A stretch of 64,000 nucleotides of DNA from Leucoraja ocellata (taxonomy: Eukaryota): NCBI GenBank assembly GCA_036785375.1, contig JAWMAR010000635.1:682001-746000 (forward strand), in the 5' to 3' direction. A program made the position numbers and the translations under genes. Of the stretch, positions 1 to 11,706 are shown piece after piece; position 1 is the first letter of the stretch, and the number at the start of each line of letters is the position of its first letter. Under the pieces are notes generated by a model. The model was not told the DNA's origin. It made no database searches and was given only the letters and a program-made list of their open reading frames with translations.

Positions 1-745
1 CACAGGGAGCCAGTGGAGAGAGGCCAGAATCGGGGTGATGTGGGCCCTGTTTCGGGTGCCCGTCAAATGTCTCGCTGCGGCGTTTTGGACCAGTTGCAAG
101 CGGGACTGGGAAGATTGGCTGATGTCAGTGTAATGGGAGTTGCAGTAATCGAGGCGGGAGGAGATAAATGTGTGGATGATCTTTTCGTGGTCATCAAACT
201 GGAGGAACTGTTTTATTTTAACTATCGTCCGAAGCTGGAAGCTAGCTTTTACCACGACATTGACTTGTTTGTCAAATTTCAACACGGAGTCAAATATCAC
301 GTCAAGGTTTTTGACGTGAGGTTTGAGTAATGGGGCTTCCAAGACTGCCTGCTATCATTTTGATTAAGTCCAAGGGGGCGAAAAGGATGACCTCAGACTT
401 ACTCTCGTTTAGTTGGAGGACTTTCTGGGCCATCCTACATTTTATATCCTCGAGGCAGTGGGTAAGGTTAAGTAGATTTGATCGTTTTTTGGGCTTCAGG
501 GGGAGATAGAGTTGTGTATCGTCTGCATAGCAGTGGAACGAAATGCCGTGCCTTTAAATGACTTGGCCTAAGGGGAGCATATACAGGAAGAAGAGAATGG
601 GGCCAAGGATGGAACCTTGTGGAACCCCACAGCAGAGGCTAGCTGGGGAGGAGAAAGAGTTGCCTATGTTAGTAGAGAAACTCCTACCTTTGAGGTTGGA
701 GATGAACCAGCTCAGGGTAGTGCCATCAATACCAAGCCCGTCAAT
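1..745 (-). mobile_element. L2-clade LINE reverse-transcriptase (ORF2) fragment, degenerate; runs off the window start
   Basis: Minus-strand translation gives GVPQGSILGPILF..YMLPLG, HGISFHCYADDTQLY, LQLNESKSEVILF and HITPILASLHWLPV, the typical L2 RT and C-terminal motifs, with stops and frameshifts. Confidence 0.9.
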
Positions 746-1251
746 AGCAAATACATTCAGCAGCTGAATCCATAGAACGGCAGTAACTATGTTACTAGTT
801 TCAGTGCAGTAATGCTAAAAGCACATTGGAAATTGCATTGCACCCTTCTCTGCTAAATCCAACTGAATAGGACGGTTCTAGTTTTGACGCAAAGTCTGTG
901 CTGAGTTGAACGGTTTCAGCCAGGATATTTCAATCAGCGTCAGTTATCCCAAATTAAGAGAATGAAAGAGTAAGTAGATATTGTGGGTTAGATAAATGGT
1001 CATCATTGGAGTAAAACACCATTCTCAGCGGGGTGGTGAGGCTGGAAAAGGAGGAGTAAGCTTGAGTTGAGTTGGAAGAAGAAGGGATTTAAACTCAAAT
1101 AAATTGTCAGTGTAGGTCACAAAAAAGCACTGCACTAATGGGTTTAAAGCCTAAGTTAGGATTTGTAGAAGAGTTTTGGTAGACTTTAACTTTAGGAAGC
1201 ATGGAAGATGAAATGCATGCTAAAAACTGGAATAATCGAGTTTAGACATAG

Positions 1252-1390
1252 CAAGATTCAAGATTCAAGATTCAAGATTCAAGATTCAAGAGAGTTTATC
1301 GTCATGTGTCCCAGATAGGACAATGAAATTCTTGCTTTGCTTCAGCACAACAGAATATTGTAGGCATAAATAAATACAGAACAGATAAAA
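1252..1390 (-). mobile_element. 3' end of a non-LTR retroelement with a (CAAGATT)n microsatellite tail
   Basis: About 5.5 copies of CAAGATT (1252-1290) followed by gagtttatcgtcatgtgtcccagataggacaatgaaattctt. Read on the minus strand this is a poly(A)-signal-like motif followed by a repeat tail, as at a LINE 3' end. Confidence 0.65.
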
Positions 1391-1729
1391 GCATGAATAA
1401 GGATATACAAAAAGAGAAGAGATTGATAACATTAACGAAATTAATAGTCGATCTATAAGATGAAAAATTTGATGATACGTTAATTTTGTATTCATATGAA
1501 TTGTTTCAACCTACTCATGGCTATCAAAAGGGTACATGATTGTTTGAGCCACAGATTACCATGTGATTGTCCACCAACATTTATTCTTCAGGTCATTGTC
1601 TTTCTGTTAGACCTCAGCCTCCAAGTGCCTGCAGAACTGTTTCAGGGGGCAGCAGAGCTTCCAATCCAAGTAGACCTTGCATTTGTAGTTAATTAACTCT
1701 GAGATCTCTTGCTTATTTCAAGAAGCAAA

Positions 1730-2023
1730 GGGCAGCACAGTGATGCTGCTGCCATACAGTGCCAGAGACCCAGGTTCGATCCTGACTACGGATGCTGTCT
1801 GTGCAGAGTTTGTACATTCTCCCTGTGAGCATGTGGGTTTTCTCCAGGTCCTCCGGTTTCCTCCCACACTCCAAAAGATGTGCAGGTTGTAGGTTAATTG
1901 GCTTCTATATATATGTGTAGGATAGAACAAGTGTACAGGTGATTGTTGGTTGGCGCAGACACAGTGGGCCGGTGGAGCATGCTTCCACGCTGTATCTCTA
2001 AAACTAAAATAAACTAAAACTAA
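1730..2023 (+). mobile_element. tRNA-derived V-SINE (HE1-like)
   Basis: Pol III B-box GGTTCGATCC (1773-1782), V-domain gagtttgtacattctccctgtg..tgggttttctccaggtcctccggtttcctcccaca, and an (AAACT)n tail. Confidence 0.9.
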
Positions 2024-2034
2024 CCAGAAAAGTC

Positions 2035-2433
2035 ACAGCACCAGAGACCTTGCAGCGCCAGAGACCTTGGTTTAATCCTGACTATGGGTGCTGTCTGTAT
2101 AAAATTTGCATGTTCTCCCTGTGACCATGTGGGTTTTCCCCAGGTGCTCCGGTTTCACATTCCAAAGATGTGCAGGTTTGTAGGTCAATTGGCTTCTGTA
2201 AATTGTTCCTAGTATGTAGTATAGAATTAGTGTATGGACTGGAGTGAGTTGAGTTTAGTTGAGATTAGCTAATGTTCACGTGTATGGAGGTACAGTAAGA
2301 AAGCTTCTGTTGCATGCCAACCAGTCAGAGGAAAGACAACACATGATTACAATTGGGTGGTTGCTGGTTGGCACGGACCCGGTGGGTCGAATGGCCAGTT
2401 CCCTCGCTGCATCTCTAAACTAAACTAAACTAA
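2035..2433 (+). mobile_element. Second V-SINE copy in tandem, interrupted by an unrelated repeat fragment (~2240-2354)
   Basis: Same B-box, V-domain and (AAACT)n tail as 1730-2023, with an extra ~115-bp segment absent from the first copy. Confidence 0.85.
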
Positions 2434-2774
2434 ATAGAATCAACCACCATACAAAGAATTTGACATCACAAATACTTTGACCTCCAACTCTTGAGATGGT
2501 CTGTGGAATATCTTCCTCAAATTTGGAGGTGTGAAAAAAATTGCCTTAATTCTATGTCTCCTAAAACAGTCATGTTTCCACATTCCATTGAGCCAAGCTG
2601 GATAGGGGAAATGTTTCCAGGATGTTCTCCAAGCCTCCTTGAAAAAGTGTAACATCTTCACAGTCAAATGGGATCACTGGCCTACGACCTCTCAAGTTGG
2701 TTAAAGGGCGTACAGAATCGCATTAAGAAACTGGAGTCACATCACTGTCTGTATCTCTAGTTTCCCTTCTCGCT

Positions 2775-2878
2775 AACCTGTCTGAAGAAGGGTCTTGAGC
2801 CGAAACGTCACCCATTCATCTCCAGAGATGCTACTGCCTATCCAGCTGAGTTACTCCAGCATTTTGTGTCTATCTTTG
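2775..2878 (+). mobile_element. Penelope-like element (PLE) terminal-repeat fragment with hammerhead-like core
   Basis: ctgaagaagggtcttgagccgaaacgtca..ccagagatgct..gctgagttactccagcattttgtgtc; the family recurs about 10 times in the window. Confidence 0.75.
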
Positions 2879-3033
2879 GTCTATTCATTTGTTCTCAGAT
2901 GTCAACAGAGGTGGAGAGCCGCATATTTCAATCACCCCCAGCATTTAAAGCAATTCCTTCGCTCATACCAGCCTCACCAGTCTCCCCAGATCCCACAGCA
3001 CTGGATTAGAAACAAGACATCATACATCTCAAG

Positions 3034-3123
3034 GGTAGACAAAAATGCTGGAGAAACTCAGCGGGTGAGGCAGCATGGAGCGAAGGGATAGGTGACGTTT
3101 CGGGTGGAGTCCCTTCCTGAGAC
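3034..3123 (-). mobile_element. PLE terminal-repeat fragment
   Basis: ggtagacaaaaatgctggagaaactcagcggg..gatagg tgacgtttcggg, the reverse complement of the 2775-2878 family. Confidence 0.7.
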
Positions 3124-4569
3124 TTAAACATACATCTCAAGGGAAGAAATCCCTTAGGGACTATCTAAGAGAAGAAAGAAAATAGTCTAAATACCGTTGT
3201 GTTACTTCTGATGCAGGGTATTTTCTAGAGTAAATGGATTTATAAAAACAAATTCATTAAAAAAAACAGTTCAATTATATTCCAATTATAACTTTTTTCA
3301 ATCACTACCAGAAGAGGAAGATTTAGACTCAAAGTTCAAGGTATCAAGCACAAAATCCGAATATTTCACAGAATGGTTTATGAACCTGGGCGAATAAAGC
3401 AAGTCGTGGTATTAAGTTAGGAGTCCAAATTCAAGAAATAACTAATTGGTCGAGCAATATGTAACCACAGAGAAAAAAAATGTCTGGACACCTAAAAACA
3501 GATTCACATTTTGGCATAAAAAGTGGCCCCGGCTTTGGACCTGCGGAACGTCGGAGTCCAAATTGTTTTGCTGGCTCGCTCCAACAAAAAGCAGCACGTG
3601 TTTAATAACTCCCTCCGGACTTTCAAATAAAGTCGCGAAGTCTTTCAGACTGCAGGACTGGGAAACAACAAGCGTAATCTGTAACCTCAGAATCTGCTGC
3701 CAGTAATCTGGAATCCACATGAACGGGTGGCACTACACAATATTGTTATAAAAATATGAATTATTGTACGAGTGATCCATCTGGTATGTCCTGTGTGCAG
3801 TCTGTGATAAGAGGTGTCCAATGTTAATAAACATGTTTCCTCTACACCTCGTCAGCGCCTTCCTTTTCTGAGCAATTGTTCCTTTAATGTTATGCCGTGT
3901 TTTTCCATTTATTCAGAATTGCGCCTCTAGGGTAGATGCGAGATTATTCGTCGCGTTTCAAAAATAAGTGCCAAGAATGGAGACACCTGTTTTTGGAAAG
4001 AGGATAGCGCTAAAAATGATTATAAAACAATACTTATAGGCCGCAGTGACCTCAAAGAGAATTGATATTTACTCCCATGTTGGCAACGCCTTCCAATCAA
4101 CATTGGATTTTCTTTGGCAATTTAATTCTACCTCAATAGGAAAATCCAACTCGAGAGGTTGTGCACAAAAAAGACACAGACGGAACAATAAAACACTGAA
4201 AATGATACTTTATTCCAAGAAGTGAAGGAGAGTTTATGGAATGAAAATGGGGAAGGAACGAAATCAACCTGTTAGAGCAGAAAATGAATAACCTCTTCAA
4301 TAATCTACGAATTGAAACGTCAATCGATTTTATTTATTTTTTTGCCTTTCGCTTACATTTTCCAAATAACGTTTTCTTGTTCAAACCGCCAACACGTTAA
4401 CTGGATTCCATTATTCAATGTATTTACCCCGTGACACATTTATTGGGCGCAAAACTGAGATGTGTAATTGAAATCCCCCGAAGTAACATTTCCTACGATC
4501 TATTAACTAGTCATGTATCAAATACTTTTGATTTGAAATAAGAGACAAAGCGACCATTTGTTTTATCAT

Positions 4570-4668
4570 AGGTACACAAAAATGCTGTAGAAACTCAGCG
4601 GGTGCAGCAGCACCTATGGAGCGAAGGAAATAGGCAACGTTTCGGGCCGAAACCCTTCTTCAGACTGA
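4570..4668 (-). mobile_element. PLE terminal-repeat fragment with an intact hammerhead-like core
   Basis: Minus strand reads CTGAAGA-A-GGG-TTTCGG-CCC-GAAA-CGTT at 4636-4663. Confidence 0.8.
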
Positions 4669-5640
4669 TCATTTGTTTTATTATGATCCACTCTCTAATT
4701 ATGTTCGATAGCCCCACTCCTATACGTATACTATTTATGATGAGCTCGACCATATTTAAACCACCTACAGAGCATGGTTGCTTTATAACAGGAACTATAA
4801 TAATATTCATAAAGCAGTCTTTGTGGCTATTTCACTACGTTTCCATTGTTCCAGTTGTGTTCAAAACATGTCTTGTTTAATTATTTCTTGAAACAGTCAA
4901 GTTAACTGCAGTCATTGTTAACTGAAAATACTATATACGTGTTTTGTATTTTTTATAAAGAATCTTCACATTTCAGGACACATTCAATCACTTCATAATT
5001 GCATCAATTGAAACTTATTTTTATTATAATCAACATATATGTTTTATAAACTATAAATGGGCCAAACAGCCACAAATTATACAGAATCCCACCCAGAGAA
5101 AGCACATAGCTTTATTACTTAAAACCAAATCTGTTCAGCTATGAGTAATGCATGCTCTGCAACTGCTTGGCGTGTTAATGAAATAAACCCTCAGTGCTTC
5201 AACCCTGATCTAGTTTAAAAAAATATGTAAGATAGGAATATTTAAGTAAGTATTAAAACCAAATCATTAAGATGTGGTTTTAGGAAGCATTTCTGCAGTA
5301 AAAATAGGTCATGGAAATCTGAAATTCTATTAACAGAAACAAAATTGTTGAATCTAGATGAATTGAGAAATTAGAATTGGGAAAACAATAGATTTTGATA
5401 AGTGAGAATATAAAGATTACATAAAAGAATATGAGTAACTGGAGTTAAAATACAGGTCTGAAATGTTATAAATAAGTGATGGAAGTAGCTGATCTAGCTA
5501 CTCCAGATACGTTTTGGATTTTTGAGCTTACTGAATTGGGTTTGACCATAAACAGAGATGCACGGAGTTTATTTACACTCATTGCTTTAATATTGGATGG
5601 GATATAAAGCATTGCTTTGCAAATTGTCCAGGGGGTTGCG

Positions 5641-5766
5641 GACACAAGGAACTGCAAATGCTGGTTAACCAAAAAAAGACACAAAGTGCTGGAGTAACTC
5701 AGTAGATCAGACAGCATCTCTGGAGAATACTACCTGACCTGCTGAGTTACTCCAGCACTTTGTGAC
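5641..5766. mobile_element. PLE-derived repeat forming an inverted pair
   Basis: cacaaagtgctggagtaactcag ... ctgagttactccagcactttgtg inverted arms, preceded by ggaactgcaaatgctgg. Confidence 0.75.
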
Positions 5767-8700
5767 TTGTCCTATGGGTTTACTGGATGTTCTCTAATCA
5801 TTTAGATTAATTGATCTAATAGAAATGATAGCAATTTAAGGATTGCCTGTTATCTTCAAGTATTTATATTTTGATTGCTGGCTGAAGTCCTAACTCTGAT
5901 TTACTAACCGCTGTTTCCTGGGCAGCAGAAATGAAAAACATGTAAGACTGTGTTAGAAAAGTGTTTCCCAACTTGAACTTCTTGTCAAACACCAGTCAAA
6001 GCTTTAGAAACTTCTGCAGTACAAAAGAAATTGACCATGTAATAGAAAATACAATTGAAATGTAGAATAGTACAAACCAGAAGAGGCCATTCATCCCAGC
6101 ATGTCTACATCAGCTCTTTCAAAGAGCATCCAGTTGTTTCCAGTTACCTTTTGCCATCCAATATTCCTTTCTGGTTCAAGTGTTCATCTAGTTCACTTTT
6201 GTAAACTCTTATTGAATCTGTTTCCACAGCCCTTTGGGCAATGCATTCTAAATCCTAGCCACTTCTTTTAAATGGTCTGGCAATAATTTTATGGTGCAGC
6301 CACTGATCAGTAAAAAATCTATCTCCATATCAACCGTTACAGATTATTTCAAATATTATAAACATATTACCTTGTTATAAAGAAAGGCTTTCACAACATT
6401 ACGATCCTCAGATCATTTTGTAATCAATGAACGGTCTTCTTTCTGAAATATTAATGCTGTTCTCCTTAAGCATGTTTGAAATTGTGAATTTTATGTCAAT
6501 AAGGGACCTAAAAGGTTCAGGTCTTATGTGTCAGTGTAAAAACAGCACCTCCAGTTTCACGGTTCTACAGTAACTGTCGAGCTCAAGCGGATGAAACTAA
6601 CGCTAAGCCAAGTCTTGATCTGGCGAATCAGTGCAGCCTTCTCCCCAAAGTCCAATATATCCACCCTAAGCGCCAAACCTGGCACCAATATCACTCGGAG
6701 CGCAAAGTAACAAATAAAACACACATAATTTTTAAATCAATTGTAAATGGAACATAACTTTGTCACAATTATAAATTTCAAGTTGATGAAGCACAAAACA
6801 TGGAACTGCTACGTTCAGCACTTCAACATGGACTTGTACAAGATCAAACATCGCTAAGATCCAAGTTACAGTGCAAAGGACGTGCATTAGTTAGGCAGAA
6901 GAATCATTTGTGAAACGGTCTTTAACACAAAGCACGACAACTGACGTTGATGAATAAAATGGTGTTGCACAAACATGTGATAAGGACTGCTTGTCTTGAT
7001 GCCTCGTCAACTTGGATTCAACTCAACATTTGCAGAACAACCCCTCGCTGCAGTGGATCACGTGACGATGGGAACAGCAAGCCACTGAACCGGATGGGTA
7101 GGAGTCAGTGAGTCAATGATTCCACATCATCCTTGCTGTAGGGATGCTGGTAAGAATCCCTTTGCACGGAATATGTGGGGACCAATAATTTAATCTCATA
7201 TTAATAAAGTAACTGCCGAGAGTCGGTAGAACTGCCCTTTGTTTAAAAAACACTGACCTAATATTGTTGATACATTCAAAAGTGCAACGCCCTTCTACGT
7301 CGACTTAGAAAATGCATTAGAATTTACTTCACCGTATTTATTAGTTGAAACAAACAAAAAAAAATATTAGTTTTACTGACATCGTTAGATACCAGACATA
7401 CTGACATCCCCATTATCCTTTCTATCCATTGCCAAATGGTGACGGTTGAGTGTCGAAGGGGAATTCTAGTTCTCGTTCGTCTTTGGGTGTAATTCTTGTT
7501 CAACATCTTCCTTGTAACAAAAGAATAAAGCCATTTCCCAATTTCAGCAAAGTCCTCCCTGTTTCACCAACGACACTGCCGCGACACTACCAGCTATCTT
7601 AGTCGCCTTAAGCTGTGAGAAATGCGCCAACTCTTGACAAGAAACCGTGCTAGGTAATAATGATGCGAGTGGGATATGTACTGAGAAACAGTCAAAAAAT
7701 AGAATATTATTTGAATTGAGTTAAGGATATTTTAATGGAATACGCCATATCTCAAACCCGCATCGATTAAGATTAGAAGCCTTCATTGAATGAGAGCCTG
7801 GCAATTACAATAAGTATCATTCCGGTTTGACGAAGTTGCTGTACTAATGGAAGAAACACGCGGGATCACTCATGTAACTTGGTATGAATCGGATGTGTAA
7901 TGAAGGGCGAGTTTACTGTTAGTCAGAGGTTACCATCCAACACGGGGCCTGCAAAACAAGAGCACGTCAGGCATAATTGTAAAATACCCACACCCCCAAG
8001 TCCCCTTCGCCCCTTGCAATGTGTGTTTTCTGTCGGGGTGAAACGCGTTGATAATATTCTATGAGGTAACCTTGAGTTTGGCCAGCCCAACTCGTGGAAA
8101 TGCACAGGGTGGGGAGTCTGGGGACCGCTGGACATCCGAACTCAACTCGCCATTCAGAAATGATGAGGTGAGCTGCACTATGAAACTTCGAAAACGCAAA
8201 GCTGCTTACGTTTCAATCAACTACCGAGAGGAAATACGCTAAAAGCAAATGTTGCGAAACGCAGGGGGCGGCTTTTAAATGCCACCCCAAGGGTATTAAT
8301 TAAAATCCCGGGTGGAAATAAAAATGCATTGTCCATTAAAATCATAAAGGAATACAGATGGGTTTGCAGAAACACCGAAACTGAGAGTAGGTGACTGTGA
8401 AAATATCTGGACATATACTTTATCGCTGATGGCTAACTGCGAAACTATTTCACCAGTGTGTAACTCTTATCACAGCTAAAGTTTTCAGTTAACCATCAAT
8501 GATAGAACATATTCCATATGTCCAAACATTTTGGACTAATTTGTTAAGTATACGTTGACAACGCATCCTTTAAGATGGCCCAAGTTGACTAAGGAAGGTT
8601 GAGGTTAGTAATCTTAAAACGCGCTCGTCTTCGATTTAAATATACGCTTACAAACCCGCTACTGTAAAGATTATTACGATTAGAGCTGGTCTTATTCAAC

Positions 8701-9929
8701 AAATCCATGGACAAACGATGGGTTCCTGGGTTTTTCAGCGTTAGTAAGCAACTGGTGTACCTACTTTACCTTAAAGCCGATCCCCTCGAAATCTTCCGCT
8801 TGAAATTGAACCACGGAGAGGGTGGAGCTCCTGCTCCAGATTCCAATGTATCGTTTGCCATATCATCTCAGTTTATCCCGTCGCTTATGCTGTATTTTAC
8901 AGTTAAAAGGTGTAACCGCAACCTAGATTTTAAAACTGCAATTGAAATCAAATCCTGTTCCTTCTTAATTTTGAGTTATACGTGTATTTTTTTGCATAGC
9001 TAATCCTGAAAGGTATTAATCGCTAATATTTTTGCCTGACAGACAAAATTGCAATGGCGTGATCTCTGCGGTGACATAACACAGTAAGATACATAACTTT
9101 CAATCTAATATGACGAGGCACACCAATATTATATGTGATGAATGCTTTTTACAAATCAACACTTAAAGCAATACCAGCTGCCGTAATCTTAGCGTATAAC
9201 ATCAAAACGATTATTTTACAGCAAGAAGTTGTTATTTATTTAGATGACCTTTATTTCATGTTTTCTCTCATTGATTATTTCAATTGTGAAAATAGTTATT
9301 CGATCACATTAGCTGGTGTTTTTGGATGGCATGCCACAAAAGATGGGACTATCTCGATTTGCAGAAGCATCACTTCTGTGGCAACCAAATGTTAGGACGA
9401 GATCTACAAATGACACCTGTTTGCTTCTGTTTATTGCACATTAAATTATGAACTTAGGTTTGTCAGGACAACCTAAGAAACAAGAAATCTACAGTCACCA
9501 GATACGTCTGATAAAGTTACTTCCCATCACTTCGTTATGAATTTTTAATTTGCAGGTGTTCAAATAAGGATTCTAAATTTTAGCAATTCGGAATTCTAGT
9601 CATTTTCAGTCATAATTTTATTTTTCCGAATAGGAGCATTTGGGTGATCGGTGAAAGAATAAAGCTTTCTGTGCTGCTCAGAAAAGTGAATCATTAGCTA
9701 TGGCCAGATATAGCTGCGTCGTTACAGTTGAGCTATGATATGTATTCGCAACACGAGGACAATACGATTGGCGCGCATCGAAAACTGTTCGAATGCATAA
9801 GCTCCGTTCCTTTTAACAGCGGCGTATGTCAGAAAAGACTAACAGAAAAGTTTGAGATTTGACTAATCCGATTGAGAAGTGACATCAGATTTCATCCCAC
9901 GCATCTAGGAATTCTGTGATCTCGCTCAC

Positions 9930-10095
9930 GAGAGAGTTAGATTTAGCTCTTAGGGCTAAAGGAATTAAGGGAAATGGGGGGAAAGCAGGAACGGGGTACT
10001 GATTTTAGATGATCAGCCATGATCCCATGGCATGGCGGTGCTGGCTCGAATGGTCGAATGGCCTACTCCTGCACCTATTTTTCTATGTTTTTATG
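9930..10095 (+). mobile_element. CR1 LINE 3' end, 5'-truncated
   Basis: gagttagatttagctct..gatcagccatgatc..ggcggtgctggctcgaa..ggcctactcctgcacctattt with a ctatgttt tail; near-identical to 53087-53262 and 54560-54727. Confidence 0.85.
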
Positions 10096-11259
10096 TGATT
10101 GAATATCACGCTAAGGCGTCAAGAAGTGATGTTGGCTGTTTTCTCAAGCTGGAGTGTCATTAAACAAAATAAGCATGAGGCACCTCGGCAATTTTAGGAC
10201 AATATCTTAGTGGCGAAACACATAACTCCGAGTATTTCACTGGAAGTTCAAAGAAGGTAATATAACATTTTCCAGGCTTAACTTCATTAAATATTGAATC
10301 ATTTTCAATTCCTCTCTCCATCACTGAACCGCATTGAATTCGTGCGCCGGATAGGTATGGTGCGGTCGAAACTGTAAAGTCCCTGATTGTTTTCAGAAGA
10401 TACATCGCAGTTTACAGTCGCAACGGTTAATGTTGTCAAATTACACTTGGAATAACAACCCGTGACTTAAACACAGCATTAACAAACATATAACAGAGAT
10501 AAAAAGTAACATGGATCACTAAGCTTAACTTTGACAGTCACTCAGCATCATAAAAGAATCAAGAATACACGATTAGGAAATGGCCATGGCGTTTTGATAA
10601 ATAACATAATAATAACATTTATGTATGCTCAGTGTATTAAAAACAAATAACATATCAGGACTAACATTGGTTGAACTGGGATTTATCACCACAACTATTT
10701 GCAAGTACTGATTTCATTAAGTATTCCGCAAAAAAGTTCCTCATTCTGTAATTTCCACTGCATTCCTCCACTTTCGATGCAACCATCCTACTAAACCCAC
10801 TAGTAGTTTTAACCACCTAATTTAGATTTCATGGATTGGAAAAAGTGACACATCCTATCCATACACCGTTAACCCCTTGCAGCACTTTGTTTATCTTCAC
10901 TTTCAGCTTTCCCTACCAGAGATTAGGGTTCCCCCAGAGTCCGGATGCGATCCGAATATTGATTGCGCATCGGGGTTTTTTTCCCCCATCGCTACACTGG
11001 CTTGTCCGACACCAGTCCTCCCTAATGTCTATTGTCGACAATAACACATGGATGTTTGTTTTGTTATTCGGCTTTAATATTAGTGAGCAGATCTTTCTTT
11101 CAAAACATTAACTACACATTGTTTGAGGGTCAAAACAAAAGAAAAAAACCCAGCTCCTGTGCTCTTTGCTTCTGAAATCAGATTGCACGAGTCCAATCCC
11201 GGAAAAAAATAAGAATAGAAATTAATATATAGAGAGAGAGAGATAAATGAGTTAATTGC

Positions 11260-11540
11260 AATGTGCGGCTCGGCGGCTGTAGCCAAAGTTGCCATTTGCT
11301 GGCCACAGGCATTGGTGCGGGGAGGACCTCAACCCCGGAGCACGTGACGCGCCTGCCTCGCTCCGCCTTCCCATTGGCTGAAGGCGGCGGTTTGAAGGCG
11401 ACCGCCAAGCCTTGCCTCATTGGACGGCGGCGATCGCGCTCGCCATTGGCCCGCGGCCTGGGGGCGACGTCACAAAGACTATGACGCGCGTTCTTCCTGT
11501 TTCCTTCCCCGCGTCTTGAAGTGCATCTTCAGCGGCTCGC
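11260..11540 (+). promoter_or_regulatory. prox1: CpG-island promoter of prox1
   Basis: GC/CpG-rich segment with four ATTGG (inverted CCAAT) boxes at 11311, 11373, 11419 and 11445, E-box CACGTGAC (11341-11348), CRE-like GACGTCA (11466-11472) and a TGACGC half-site. No TATA box. It lies ~5 kb upstream of the first coding exon. Confidence 0.75.
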
Positions 11541-11706
11541 GCTGAATTAACAATCAGGGGCAGAGAGAGAGGAAGGCGGCGCGAAGCCCTGCCTCCTGGA
11601 GGTATACAACCCTCACCATCTCTGCCCCCCTCTCTCTGTCTCTCTCTCCCTCCTTCCTGCAAGCAGCAAGCTCTTCTCCTCGCAGCCCACTCACACTACA
11701 AGCACA
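11500..11706 (+). other. prox1: Probable non-coding first exon of prox1 (start approximate)
   Basis: Follows the promoter motifs and ends at a consensus donor CA|GTAAGT (GT at 11707-11708). The TSS cannot be read from the sequence. Confidence 0.6.

Noticed and set aside
1730-1800. tRNA-like B-box sequence as a tRNA gene
   Set aside because: It is the head of a V-SINE, with no full cloverleaf, and is followed by the V-domain and tail.
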